Shown here: in pieces, positions 1-12,910 of the stretch
How positions within the stretch are numbered: position 1 is the stretch's first letter
How the letters are laid out: each line of letters starts with the position of its first letter
Assembly: GCF_041146345.1 (NCBI RefSeq)
Contig: NW_027191405.1
Coordinates: forward strand, 310,001 to 374,000
From: Neodothiora populina
Lineage: Eukaryota
Length of the DNA stretch: 64,000 nucleotides
Direction: 5' to 3'
Translations under genes and position numbers: made by a program
The notes under the pieces: generated by a model
Database searches by the model: none
Seen by the model: the letters and a program-made list of their open reading frames with translations, nothing else
Told to the model about the DNA's origin: nothing

Positions 1-719
1 GTGATCGTTACCTCACACGTGCCGGCGTGATCTGACCTCCTCCTCTGGTTGCACTCGGGGAGTCGGCAATGTGCGGACTCTTAATCGTCTTGAGACAAAT
101 GATTCTAGGGACATTTAGTATCGCCAATCAGACTGGAACGCTGAACGGACTTGAATTGTAGATATTAGCATTTCTCGCTTGCCGCAACGGTACCTGTGGC
201 ATTACAGTTCCTCTAGCACCATTCATGGTCCTCCATCTCGGCAAGAGCCGTTTTGCGGCAGAGCAACCGTGGTTCGAAAGCATATGACGCGGTGAAAATA
301 CCGCGATTGCGGTCCTCCGAAAGCGATTATGCGGAAAGTGTTGGACTCGTCTCGATCCTGAGTCAAGGTCATAGCACATAGAGCATGGTATGGTCAGAAG
401 GTTACTCCGTTAGGCATGGTCCCTGACCATGTGGCCAAGAGGCTCCAGTCAATGCGTCCTGACCTCCGCAATCCCCATGTTGATCGGAGCGTCCCATAGA
501 TGTTGCAGTGCATACCATATCTCCACTTGCCTCGCAATCCACGTCATGTGTTACGATTGTCGCAGGGAATTCAACGAATTGTGGGTCGAAAGGTGATCGG
601 CCTCCATGCACGATCGCAGAACTTACGATGTTACAAGCCATTGGTGGTGAGGGTCTTCTGTATAAGAATGCCTTGTCCGCTGGTTCAAGTCAGGTCAATT
701 TACCTCGGCGGTACACAAA

Positions 720-3447
720 ATGCCTTCGATCGTCTCTTCCTTGTTGCTCGCTTCGGCGGGTCTGTCCGTGGCAGGTGCCAACTATACCCGTATCGATGGC
801 CCTCTGTTCCCAGAGACCGTCTATCCCGGACGTGAAAGTGAGAACCCAGTGACCATTGCTGGTAGCAAGACCAACCAGACTAGTCCTCCCAAGTATCCTA
901 GTCCTTGGGGCGAAGGCTTGGATGATTGGGCAGATGCTTATGAGAAGGCGAGAGCCTTTGTCAGCCAATTGACTCTGGAAGAAAAGGTCAACCTCACTAC
1001 AGGAACTGGCTGGGAGTTAGACTCATGTGTTGGTCAAACTGGCAGTATCCCTCGTCTTGGTTTCAAGGCTCTCTGTCTCCAAGACAGTCCTACTGGAGGT
1101 GCGTCTCCTAAATGCTATAAGTTGCTTTTTAGTCGCGCAAATCTAACAGTGAACAGTCCGTGATACCGATTTCAACAGTGTCTTCCCTGCAGGTGTGAAC
1201 GCTGCGGCAGCATGGGATCGTGGCCTAGCATACGCTCGTGGAAAGGCCATGGGTGAGGAGCACCGCGACAAGGGTGTCGATATGCAGCTCGGTCCTGTCG
1301 CTGGCCCCCTTGGCCGCGCTCCCACTGGAGGTAGAAATTGGGAAGGATTCTCTCCTGACCCATACCTTACTGGAGAGCTCTTTGCCACCAGTATCAAGGG
1401 TATCCAGTCCAATGGAATCTTGACAAGTGCCAAGCACTTCCTGGCTTACGAGCAAGAGCATTTCCGTCTTGCATACGAGGCTGTGCCTTATGGCTTCAAC
1501 ATCACCGAGTCTGTTTCTGCCAACTTGGACGACATCACTATGCACGAGATGTACTTGTGGCCTTTCGCGAACGGTGTCAAGGCCGGGGCCGCGTCCGTCA
1601 TGTGCTCGTACAACTCGATCAACAATTCTCAGGCTTGCCAGAACAGCTACACTCTTAACTACCTCCTGAAGCAGGAGCTTGGCTTCCAGGGTTTCGTAAT
1701 TTCTGACTGGTATGGTACCCACTCTGGTCGTGAGAGCATGCTTGCAGGTCTTGATATGACCATGCCTGGTGACCCAGAAGGTCAAAACACCAACACAGGT
1801 GCAAGTTACTACGGCTCTAACCTGACCATCGCTGTACTGAACGGTTCAATTCCCCAATGGAGAATCGACGACGCAACCACTAGAATCGTTGCTGCATGGT
1901 ACTACGTTGGCCTTGACAACAAGACTACTGACATCAACTTCAACTCCTGGACCCTCGATACTTACAACTGGGAGCACTGGTTTGTGGGTGGCGGCGCTTG
2001 GAAGCAGGTCAACCAGCATGTAGATGTACGTGGCAGCCACGCACCATTGATCCGCGAGATCGCTGCCAAGAGTACCGTGCTGCTCAAGAACGTCAACAAC
2101 ACTTTGCCCTTGACTGGTTCCGAGAAACTGACTGCAGTGTTCGGTTACGATGCCATCGCTAACCCAGAGGGCAACAACGCCTGCGTTGATCGTCAATGTG
2201 ACAACGGTACCCTTGCTATGGGTTGGGGCTCTGGATCTTCCAACTTTGCCAGTCTGATCACCCCTGACATGGCTATTTCCAACGAGGTTGCTGCCAATGG
2301 AGGCGCATACGAGGCTGTCACTGACAACTACGCATTGGCCAAGGTCGGTCCTCTGGCTCGCAGAGCGGACGTCTCTCTCGTCTTTGTCAACGCCGATAGT
2401 GGCGAGGGATATATCGTAGTCGACGGAAACTACGGTGATCGCAACAACCTTACCTTGTGGGGTAATGGTGACGCACTTATCGAAGCCGTGGCTGCAAACA
2501 GCTCTAACACTGTGGTTATTATTCACTCCGTTGGTGCTGTGCTTATGGACAAGTACAAGAACCACGACAACATCACTGCAATCCTGTGGGCCGGTATCCC
2601 CGGAGAGCAATCAGGCAACGCTATCGCCGACGTGCTCTACGGTCGTGTCAACCCAAGCGGTAAGCTGCCTTTTTCTATGGCGAAGAACAGAGAGGATTGG
2701 GGAGCAGATGTGCTCTACAAGCCCAATGCTGGCACCGGTGGTCCTCAGACCAACTTTAAGGAAGGTATCTTCATCGACTACCGCGGACTTGACAAGCACA
2801 ACATCACTCCAACTTACGAGTTCGGATACGGAATCTCGTATACCAACTACACTTATTCCAACATCAAGATCAACAAGCACGAGGTCAGCGAATACACCGC
2901 AGCCACTGGCAAGACCTCTTCTGCTCCCACCTACGGTACCATTGACATGAACCCTGCTGCACACGTTTTCCCTGCCAACTTCACCAGAGTTCCCATGTAC
3001 CTCTACCCATGGATCAACTCCACCAACCTGAGCTCTTCATCTGCCGATACCGACTACGGCAAGGACGTCCCTCTTCCTGCAGGCGCATACGACAACTCAT
3101 CCCAAGCCATTGTTCCCGCTGGAGGTGCTCCAGGTGGTAACCCTCTGCTCTGGGACGTCATCGCAACCGTCACTGTCGACATCAAGAACGTTGGCAAGGT
3201 CGCCGGTGAGGAGGTTGCTCAGCTCTACGTCTCTCACGGCGGACCTTACGATGCTCCTCTTGCGCTCCGTGGTTTCGAGAAGGTGCTCATTCAGCCCAAC
3301 CAGACCGCCACTGCCAGCTTCGACATCCTGAGACGCGACATCATGAACTGGAGCCCCACGCAACAGAACTGGTACGTGTCCAACTACACCAAGACTATCT
3401 ACGTCGGTGCAAGCTCGAGGAATCTTCCTCTTTCGCTTAAGTTCTAG
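720..3447 (+). CDS. Secreted GH3 beta-glucosidase (2 exons; intron 1099-1156)
   Basis: Signal peptide MPSIVSSLLLASAGLSVAGA; GH3 motifs LTLEEKVNLTTG, LQDSPTG|VRDTD, GRNWEGFSPDPYL, KHFLAYEQE, GFVISDW (nucleophile Asp), YEFGYGISYT, C-terminal Fn3-like EVAQLYV; GT..AG intron with CTAAC branch joins the two ORFs in frame. Confidence 0.96.
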
Positions 3448-5140
3448 GCTGGAGTTGGTAGTCACGGAGAGTCTGCTTTGGCAATGAAGCAGGATTATCT
3501 GTAATTTTCTACACGATTATGATTTTTACGAAACCCGGTTGTAATAATCATTGGCTCTACATAATGTACAGTAAAGATAGACTTTGGTATATAGAAATTT
3601 TACGCATTGAAATTTATTCCGAACCATGCTTTTTTTTCCTTCCATCCCACTATGGTTGGAGGGCAACCCTGTTCTCACCTCTTCGTGTGCATACAACATT
3701 ACAATATTTTCTTCCTCCTTTTCTCCTACAATACACACGACTTCCACACCCGTATAATACATCTGTGTGACAAAAGTACTATCTAACAACACCTACATGG
3801 GAGCCTTCGCTCAAAGACCGCATCTAGGTACCATATCAGAATCCAGCTATGAAGACATGCACTTCCACCACCCCGACACGCGGCGTAAATTGGCAACTAT
3901 CCTCCCCATCCACCCATGCCCCCGCCTCGAACCCACAATTGATATACAATATCCCCATAGCACAAGATATTAACCTCCACCTTCTCGCTTTCCTCCCCAC
4001 TTTTACTGATCTCAAGTCCCACAGTCTACGAGCTACACACGCCCACCCACCCATCTACTCTTCAGACTCAAAGCCTCATATCCATCACCAGTATATCTCG
4101 CTTGCACGATTGGAAAAGGCTACGAGTAGACGTTTACGTGACGAGTCAAGCGACTGAAAGGGTGTTGAAACACAGAAACTTTAATGCGGTTTGCGATGCG
4201 CCACTTACGCCTTTCCCGCCGGAGGCTTGCGTGTGCGCCCAGCCGGGCTTGGGCATGCTTAAGGTACCTGTACCTTGTCTGACCTTAGGTTTGCTGCACA
4301 GGAAGTATCAGCCTTTGTTTGTCTGCGGGAGCGGATAAGCGGGCATCGAGCGGGCGCGAGCGCGCGGACATGTCTTGGTTGTGGATGTCTTCGTGTCTTG
4401 TGTCTTTGACAAGAAAACCCAAGGCGGGCGGGTTTGTGCTTGAGTGAGTTATGCATTGGTGGCTACATGGTGTTTGAGATATACTGAGATTATGCGAGAT
4501 CGTCGTGGCTGGATGGGCCGATCGCTGCTCTCTTTTCTTGTTACTGTGGAGGTGTCGTGGGTGCTGTAGTTTGCGCGGAAGGGTTCATGTTTGGCGATCA
4601 GTAGAGAGATTTTCTCTTTGTCATGGCGTGGTATGGAGATTATCAAAAACATTTGCCGAGTTTTCTACCGGCTACAGGCAGGGTCAGGTACAGTTCACCT
4701 ATTATAGCTAAGGTTGCAGATTCGCAGTAGACTCAGGTACCGACTCCGAGGGCCGTTCCCCATTCTTCGCTAGAACACGGTGTGGAGCGGAGAAATACCT
4801 TTGACTGGGGACATTGTACAGTGGAGTACGCGCCATAGATCGCATGGTGGACGGTTCGGCTACGTGATGCAGTACGGGCACTGTGAGCAGTACAGTGTCC
4901 ATCTGGGGACTTGACTTTGTTTAAGCAGGTTGCTAAAGAACATAATAAAGTCAAGCTTTGACAGCTTACTTGACCTCTTCCGATTCTCTTCGGAGAATCC
5001 CAATCGAGGTTGGTATGGTTTCTCTACCTTATGGCTGGTGCTTCCAAGCAGAACAGACAATACTGTAAAATTGGCTTGGCATTCGAGAAGAGGTAAACTT
5101 CCGCGACCGATCTTACTGATCATGGTTCCTTTGCTTGCGA

Positions 5141-7426
5141 TCAAGTGATCTTGAAGGCACTCTGCACACTTCCATAGCTAGAAGAAGGATTTGTTGTCAA
5201 CCAAGGCCTCCACTTCGGAAATGTTACATGTACACTCACCCGGTGATACAATTCTTTTGCGCAAGTGCAACACTTGCACTTCGCATATAACATGCCTTAG
5301 CCTGTTGGCATGCAAGGGTTGTGCAGTTAGGACTTTTGATGCTGCTCTTTCCCTGAAGAGTATTAAATGTCGATGCTAGAGTCGTGTTTTACTCAATCTG
5401 CTCTGAGACCAGATGCCAGAATGTCGCGTTCAGAGGGGCCGTCTCAGGCCAATCGATAGAGCTGGCGTGCGTTTCGCGAGTGTTATATTCGATACGCCAA
5501 GTCGGTCCTACTGATGTCAAATTAGGAAAAGAGTTCACGTCTGCATAGAAGGTAAAGGCATCGTAGATGTTCCAATCGCCTTGGTCTACTGTATACATCC
5601 GGTAACCGCTGTTGAGATTGGTAAGAGGTGTCACCGACGGGCCGACCCAAGCGGTAGTCAATGTATTCGCAGAAGATATGTTGGTGCCATTATTCGCATA
5701 CCAAATGTAAAGGAAGTCTTCGTGAGTATGTCCGAAGAAGACGTTGCGGACAACCTGTGGTGCATAGCGGTCAACGATCTGATAGAAGAGATCGGTAGGG
5801 TTGGGCATAGGGTTGGTCTGTAGCGTAGTTTTAGTAATGGCCTTTGACTCTCTGCACATCTGATCTTACACCATCCCATCCACTCAAAACATGACCTATG
5901 ATCCACACAGGTTCACCGGAGTCCTCAGCGGCTTGGAGCTCTTCGATCATCCACTCAAAACTGTCCAGACTTGTCGAGTTTTGTGGTATCGATGAAATTC
6001 AAGAAATTGGATTTGTACCAGAAGCCAGTATTGAAAGCAATGATACGCAGTCCGGCACTGGTCTTCACAGAATATTCCCCGTAGTGTGTTCTGGCATAAG
6101 ATGCAGCTGTAGCATTGAGCCATCCTTCGTGTTGCCATAGACTGGCCACATGGTCGAAGTTCCACGACATCTGCTGAGATAGATTACCGGGTAGGCTATG
6201 TGGTGCGTCGATAGCTTCTGGATTGGTGTCATGATTTCCAAGAGCTGGAAATACCGGGACGTTATGAAGATATCGTTTCAGCAGTCCATACAAAGAGGTT
6301 TCCGCGTATTCTACGTATGCCCTAGACAGCTCGTCTTGACCCTCGTGACTAACGAGGTCTCCTGTATATAGAGCAAAGCCAAGGAGATCATTCTCGCTCG
6401 TCCCAGTCATGGGCGCAATGGACTGCAAGCTCCCAAGAACTAGATCGTACGGTGAATCACACTTCCATGTTCCGTACAGTGGGCTCGCAAGAGAGATCTG
6501 TCCGCTAGAGATGTCGGTGTTCGGGTTGTTCCATCTACAGCATAATGAACTCGTACAATTGGCCTCGGAACCTGCTCCGTAACACGGGTCGAGATGTATG
6601 TCGGATGAATGCAAAACACGAGTGCGGTTGCCATTGGCAGTCCATTGCTTTGCATGGTCAGGCTTGGGCTTGGGGAACAGATCGGTAGTGTTCAGCGGAG
6701 AGGTCAGCGGTGCAGGGCAGAAAGTCGAACCGCCGAAGGTGGAGCATATGTATTGTCCGTCCAAACCTGAGACATCTGCAAGACCAAGTACTTGAGTCCA
6801 AATTGCGCCAAAAGCGTTGGCGTTAAATTCTTCCTCGCAGGTGGCATTGGAATGAAGCTTGTATTGCTGGCAAAGAGTGATCATCACTTCAGGTACCATC
6901 TCAGGGGCAAGCAAAGCTGCTTGCTTCGCAATGCCGAGACCAGCGATGCATCTCGAGCAATTGGTTGGGAATTGAGAAGAAACGATGATTGCTTCGATTT
7001 GAGATACAGCACTGCTAATGACTGCTTGCTGTCCAGCACGGGTGAGATTTGCGATAGCTGACGGGTAGTACAGAGGATCGCTGGTAACATTTTCGGGGAT
7101 CGTGAATGGATCAGTGAGATTTCGCGGGAATCTGTGAGTGTTACAAGAGCTGTTATTTCTCTACATGTGTACTACGAACGTGATGTTTAAGATAGGGTCA
7201 ACAACGACTGGCTACAATCAAGTCAGTAATTTTCTCAACAAACCATGGCTGATGAGTCTGGAACCTCTGGTTCCGCAGTGGGGTTCGGTCGTGTCCAATA
7301 CGACGAGAAAGCTGACGTGAATGCAGATGATACAACATAGGAAGGAGATGCGCCCGAAGGTATGTTCTGAGCAATAGTACCAATTGCCCAGGATGCAAGA
7401 ACGATAAGGCGATAAGTACGAGCCAT
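5141..7426 (-). pseudogene. Acid sphingomyelinase-like metallophosphoesterase (saposin-like + calcineurin-like domains), disrupted
   Basis: Motifs DIHLD, TGDLVSH, LGNHD, WIIGHV, FFGHTHED, PSVTPLTNLNSGYR. Frameshift at the A4 run 5957-5960 (SGQF then EWMIEELQAAED continues in a shifted frame). In-frame TAA at 5389-5391 is followed by the family-like tail FNTLQGKSSIKSPNC..CYMRSASVAL. Introns near 7212-7264, 7133-7180, 5818-5869 and ~5178-5239; alternative ATG at 7465. Confidence 0.85.
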
Positions 7427-8131
7427 GGTTGGATGCAATCTGCAAGCCAGGAGAATCAAATGCATGGCGAACGTTGTACTATATATCTTTACGAGTATCT
7501 TTGAACAACTCCATGCCCCGCTTTATCTTGATTAACCTACGATTTCTACGTGTAAACCTCAAGAGTAAGGTTATTTGCACTGTGCAAGCAACCAGGATGG
7601 CGGTATAGAACACGTGGGCCGCAGAGTGAGGGTGCATCCTGTAGCGTGACGTCATGAAATATATAATTATGTCTTTGATGGGCGATGAACAACCACGTGC
7701 ATCCACATCATAGAAAAAGTATACGATATTGAGAAAACAAAGCTTCGTTGCTATCGAAGTAGAAGGAGGTGGTAAAGAGGGAACTAGCCCCAGAGTAACT
7801 AAAGAATCAAGCCTCGCAACGAGGACTCAATTCATCTGAGCCATCATCAGTCTACCTCAGAGCGCCACCCAGCCAGTGGGGACGTCATATTGGTGAAGAC
7901 ATGATGACAGCGGAATGAAGAGAAGAAGTAAAAACATGAAGAGGATGTGAGGCGGGAGTGAGCCAGAGCTGAGTGACAGGTGAAATGTCCACGTCAGTCT
8001 GCGAAGGTGCCGTGTTTGGCTCGTCTAGAGCCCGGCTGCAATGCAATTCAGTCAGTTTCAGTCTTGCGAAAGTCGATAGTTGGGAGGAGAAGTGTACTTA
8101 CAGGCAAAAGACGAACCCTTGCACCTTGTGC

Positions 8132-9592
8132 TCACTCCAAGCTCAGGTAGTCGACGAGGTCGGCGGCGTCATCCTTATGGAGCGTGTCGCCGTCGTCTGG
8201 CTTGTCGACTTCACCTGGCTTTTCACCTTCACCAGGGTTTCTTCCTTCACTGGGCTGCTCGCCTTGACCGGAGCCCTCGCCTTGACCAGACTTGTTGCCT
8301 TCACCGGAGTTGTTGCCTTCACCAGAGTTGTTGCCTTGACCACGGTTGCGGCTTTCACGAGGCTGATCGGCGCGCCTGAGATCAGCGTACCTGTCATCCT
8401 CTTCGGCTTCGCTAGCCTCGTCCTCCTCACAGTACTTGTCAAAGGCCTTGCAGTCCTCTGGGTTAGAGAAGTCGACGGCGCCAAAGTGAAGCTGCAAGAA
8501 CTTGATTCTGGTGATGCCGGGCGCAAGGGGCGCGCGGATGCGACGACAGAGTCTGTACAGCTGCTCGAGAGTGACACCGTCTTTGTTGGTCAACTGACCG
8601 TGCATGGCGGAGCCGTGGATTTTGGCGCCATAGAAAGGGTGGCCTTCGTCGAGACCTCCGTCGCTGCAGGCGATGTAGGTCACGGTGTTGACGGGTGGAT
8701 GGGTCAGGAACATTTTGCCCCATGGCGCGCCCTGGTGTTTCGCGTACAGGTTGGCGGCAGTGGTGTCGTACGAGAATTCATCTTTGTTGTCTCTTGGTGG
8801 TGGAGGAAGACCGAACCTAGAGGAAAGCATGATGTTGGCGCAAATGCTGAAGGGGATCTTCTCGACACCCTTTTTGGTCTTCATCATTTTGACCTCTGCT
8901 TCGTGGATTGGGGCACGGGTGACATAGAGCTTGTTGAAGTCTCCGTACATGTAGCCCTTGGGGACTTTGAAACTGGGAAAGAAGTCATTCAACATGGAGT
9001 TGATCTCGAGAGCAACACCGCCTGAGGTGAAGAGATTCTGAGCCACATCCTCAGGGGCAACACTCGCGATGATTGGGACAGGGCGGTCTTTCTCGTCCAT
9101 TTTGTCAATGACAGTCTGAGGAATGAGTTCACCTTGGAGAGTGCCTATGAAGTCTCCTGTAAGTGGTTTGGCTGGGCCAAGTTTTGATGTGAGGTCGTAT
9201 TGGTAAGGGAAGAGCCAGGAGTGGTCTGGGATAAGCTCCTGAATGTGCCATTGTAGGGACTTGTTTACGCCGAGGATGCCGAACAATTCGCTCAGGGTAA
9301 GCTGCGAAAGAATCATAGTGCGCAGCTCGTAGATTCTGAAGACGCGTTCCATGGCGCTCATCTTATTCTCAATCTCTGGAGGCAATTCTTCCATCTATAG
9401 ATTGATTAGCTGGAATCCACCCTCCGTAATTCATTGTGACGAAGGTTACACGTATGATAACGCGTTGAGCAGCGCCTTGTGTAGGTGCAGCGACCTGGTT
9501 ATCCCACTCATCATCAAAAGGCGATAGTTCCGCCTACAAGACTGTTAGCTTAGACAACATCGTACGACAGAGATCGTGAGGGCAAGTACCAT
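8132..9592 (-). CDS. Orphan protein with F-box-like N-terminal motif and C-terminal hexapeptide repeats
   Basis: 420-aa ORF 9394-8132; RVFRIYELRTMILSQLTLSELFGILGVNK resembles fungal F-box motifs; two upstream GT-AG introns with CTAAC/CTAAT branch sites link to ATG at 9592. Confidence 0.6.
8209..8345. repeat. Degenerate 18-bp coding tandem repeat (~7 units; GEGNNS/GEGNKS/GQGEGS/GEGEKP on the minus strand)
   Basis: Repeated CCTT(C/G)ACC(A/G)GAGTTGTTG-like units seen directly. Confidence 0.8.
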
Positions 9593-10249
9593 TGCAAAGA
9601 CGCGTTGTGAGTTGATAATTGGCTACAAGGCAATAGAGACTTCGGATTGAACCTGATCTAGAAGGATAGAGATGTATAGCTTATGCTGGTGTTCTGGAAA
9701 TGTAGGAAATCAAGACAAAGACTCCTATAGAGCGTGGAAAAAGAGCCAGGATCCCAATAGCAGTGGATAGGAAGAAGTGATGATGCGGCTATCTCTGGAG
9801 GCTGGATGGCACAACAAATATTGCCTCTCAGATGCCAACTACATGGCTGGCTGTGAGACAGCGATACTACTAGCCGATGGCGCTATCGCGCTAGCCGGCG
9901 CATGGACATGTTTTTGGAAGGGTTCAACGAGGATGGCGCATAGACAGATGGGGAAAGGAGAAGAAACGCTTTGCATCTACTGAGTTGATACCCTCAGTGA
10001 AAGGAGGCCTGATTGCACACTTACGTCGTAAGAAGCTGTCGCTTCATGTATATACTTACCAGAGTGTAGCATACTTGTCGTTCATGCCTCGATATTATGT
10101 AGCAAGCTTGAGTATGCTGCTGGTGGTCAAGCAGCGATGTGAGTTCCCTAAGTTTTGATCCTTCATGCAGCATATAAAGAAGCAACGGCACAACAAAGTG
10201 ATATATCGAAAGAGCCTTACGAAGATGGATGTTGAATTTGGAGCATTGC

Positions 10250-12114
10250 TCATGAATGCCTGCCCCATCGCTTCCAGAATTTCCAGTCCAAGGCTTCTCT
10301 CATCTGACCATTTCGACCTCTCATACGCCAGAAGTAAAGCGGCACTCCAGCAACAATGAAGGCAACCACGATCAAAGTCTGAAGTGGTTGCGCAAAGACA
10401 GCTCTGCTCAACAGGAAGAGGCTCACACAGCAGAAGATGACGGGCGTCGTAATCCAGCATCTATAGGGTCTCTCCAGATCCGGTTCCTTGACTCTCAGTA
10501 CGATGAGGCCAAGGACTGTGAAGAAATAGAAGGTGTAACCTGCCACTCCATAGAATGTCGTCAAAGTAGTAAAGTCGCCGATGATGACATAGATCATGGT
10601 CATGCCAGCATTGAGTATCATTGCGTAAGCTGGAGTGTAGAAGAATCCCGCATCGTCGGCAATCAGTCTCATCCATCGTGAGTGGCGAGAAGGGCGCATC
10701 GGCAGTCTCGCTGCAGTATCTTTGCTAAACCCAAGTCGGCCGAAGAAAGCAGGAAGAAATCCTTCCTTTCCGGCGGCATAGACAAGACGTCCAGAAGTGA
10801 ATGCAGTAGCGTTGAGACTTCCGAAACAAGATCCGCAAACGACGAGCGCCAGGAGAAAAGAACCGATGGGCCCAAGAACAGCATGTCCGAAAGCCACGGC
10901 GACAGTGTTGGAGGAGTTGATCGTTGCCAGTGGGAGGACAAAGAAGTAAGCTACATTGGCAAGAAGGTACGACAAGACAACAAGAGCAAGTGAGGTGTGG
11001 ATGGTGCGAGGCAGGTCTCGCTTCGGATTTACGAACTCGCCAGTCACATAATTCACCTACCGATAGTCAGCGATCCATGGTAGATTCTAAGTATGATACG
11101 ACTTACATTGTCCCATCCGTCGTAGGCCCACAGTCCAGCATACAGGGCGACAGCCCAGCTACTCGGGTCGGTTTTGGTGCCATCGGTCCAGTAACCCGGC
11201 GACTTCCAATTTGCAGGAGGTGAGTCATGATAATGCCAGCCGGTGATGGCCACGATGATACCAGTGATAGTCACACCGGCCAAGGCAACGAACTTCAGCA
11301 CTACAAAGACGTCGGTGCTCCGAGTACCAACCTTGGTGGAGAGGCAATTTAAGAAAGTGACAAGGACGAGGCCAAAGACAGCTACGGCTTTGTTGATCCA
11401 GACACTGGCATCTACTGCGTCTGCCCCGATGATTGCCCTCACGAAATATTCACCGAATATGAGGGCGATGATGGCAGCTGAGCCAGGCTTGAGGACGACA
11501 ACTGCACACCAAGTGAACAGAAAGCCAGCCCATTCACCATATATCTTACTCAGATACACTTGCGGCCCGCCATTGAGGGGAATGGCTCCTCCAAGCTCAG
11601 CATAGCTTGCCGCCCCTGTCCAGGCCAAGAGTCCAGCAATAAACCAGATGAGAAGAGCAGCACCCGGAGCTCCAGCATTAATGTTGACTTGAGCTGGCGA
11701 CGAGAAGATGCCGGATCCAATGATCAAGCCGACGACGAGTGACAGCCCTCCCTTCCACAATGTCAGACTCTTGTGCTTTTCCAGACTGCCCTGCTCCGCG
11801 CCTAATCCATTCGCTGCTGGCGCTCCTATCGCTGTATATCCAGCTCCAGATGTCGATAGTGGAAACAAAGCAGGAGCGAAGTCGAAGGCCGAGGAGACAG
11901 AATATGATCGTGCATGGCGGTTGGTCGGGCGGCCACTGGTCAAACCGCGCTCACCGCCAAGATCGTCGTCGGCATCGTCAGAGAAGGAAAGCCTTCGGGA
12001 TGAGGGAGCGCCAGAAGAAGACGAATCTACAGAAGAGCGGGCGCTGTGTTGCGACGAGGCAAGGGATGCGAGTTCGAGGCTGTCACGAGGTGGCGCGAGG
12101 CTGCGACCAGCCAT
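10250..12114 (-). CDS. APC-superfamily L-type amino acid permease (LAT/Mup1-like); intron 11057-11106
   Basis: GLIIGSGIFSSP, SYAELGGAIPLNGG, AGLWAYDGWDN|VNYVTGE, RDLPR, LRVKEPDLERPY; ~12 hydrophobic segments. Confidence 0.93.
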
Positions 12115-12910
12115 TGGTGGCGTGGCGTTGTTTTGTACGAAGCACCAGGTTAATTGAATAGTCTTGATTGTCCAGAAAGTAAAGACATGCTCATCCTTCG
12201 TCCGCCTCGTGATTAGATGGTCGTGGATTATTATTATTCGATGGTCGTCACAGGCCCAAACAAAGCACGCTTTTGTTTCCAGATGCGGCGTTTAGGGGTC
12301 ACATATCCAGTATAGGGGTTTGGCTTACCGCCGATCAAGTGGTCAGAGTTGAGACATTCAACAGTACTGTAGTGGACGATTGATGTCTGGCTATAGCAAG
12401 AAACTGTGAATTATTATTCTACAGGACACAACGTACTGGCTTGGTAGGGGAGTCTGCTGTAGTATGTGAGGGGATTGCAATATGAAGAGCTGGGAAGCTA
12501 ATGATGTCTCACGTCTTTGACCTGAATATTGCCATACTGTACTGTACGACTCATTTAACCCGATTAGGGATTGGAGATATTGCATGTACGGTACAGATAT
12601 TACACAGTAGTTCTATAAACTACGGTGCTGTAATGCTGACTTCGGCTTTCTGCCTTTGTACAGTACCTCAGGTAAGATGGTATGGACATGTACCATAAAA
12701 GCATCATTCTCACTAAATATTTAACTGTACGGTGATACAAGAATTGTCATCCTCGTTTCGGTTGCCGCTACACGTTAGTGATCGATAGAAATAAGCGTGA
12801 CATCTACAGCACCTCTAACCTTACCGTCTCACCTTCATGTCACAACATTGCCTCTCACAGTAGCACCGTACAGTTGTGTTTTGTGCTAGGTCCAGTGGCG
12901 TATCATCACA

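Noticed and set aside
1225..3465. Long antisense ORFs over GH3 (similar ones over SEY1, PUF, MFS and APE4)
   Set aside because: Expected consequence of strong C-ending codon bias on the coding strand
3767..4338. Short overlapping ORFs after the GH3 gene (possible decayed gene)
   Set aside because: No family motif recognised
7901..7972. ATGATGA...CTGA pair resembling snoRNA C/D boxes
   Set aside because: No terminal stem or recognisable rRNA antisense element; purine-rich intergenic sequence
7973..9025. 350-aa plus-strand ORF with hydrophobic repeats
   Set aside because: Antisense shadow of the minus-strand gene and its 18-bp repeat; no motif
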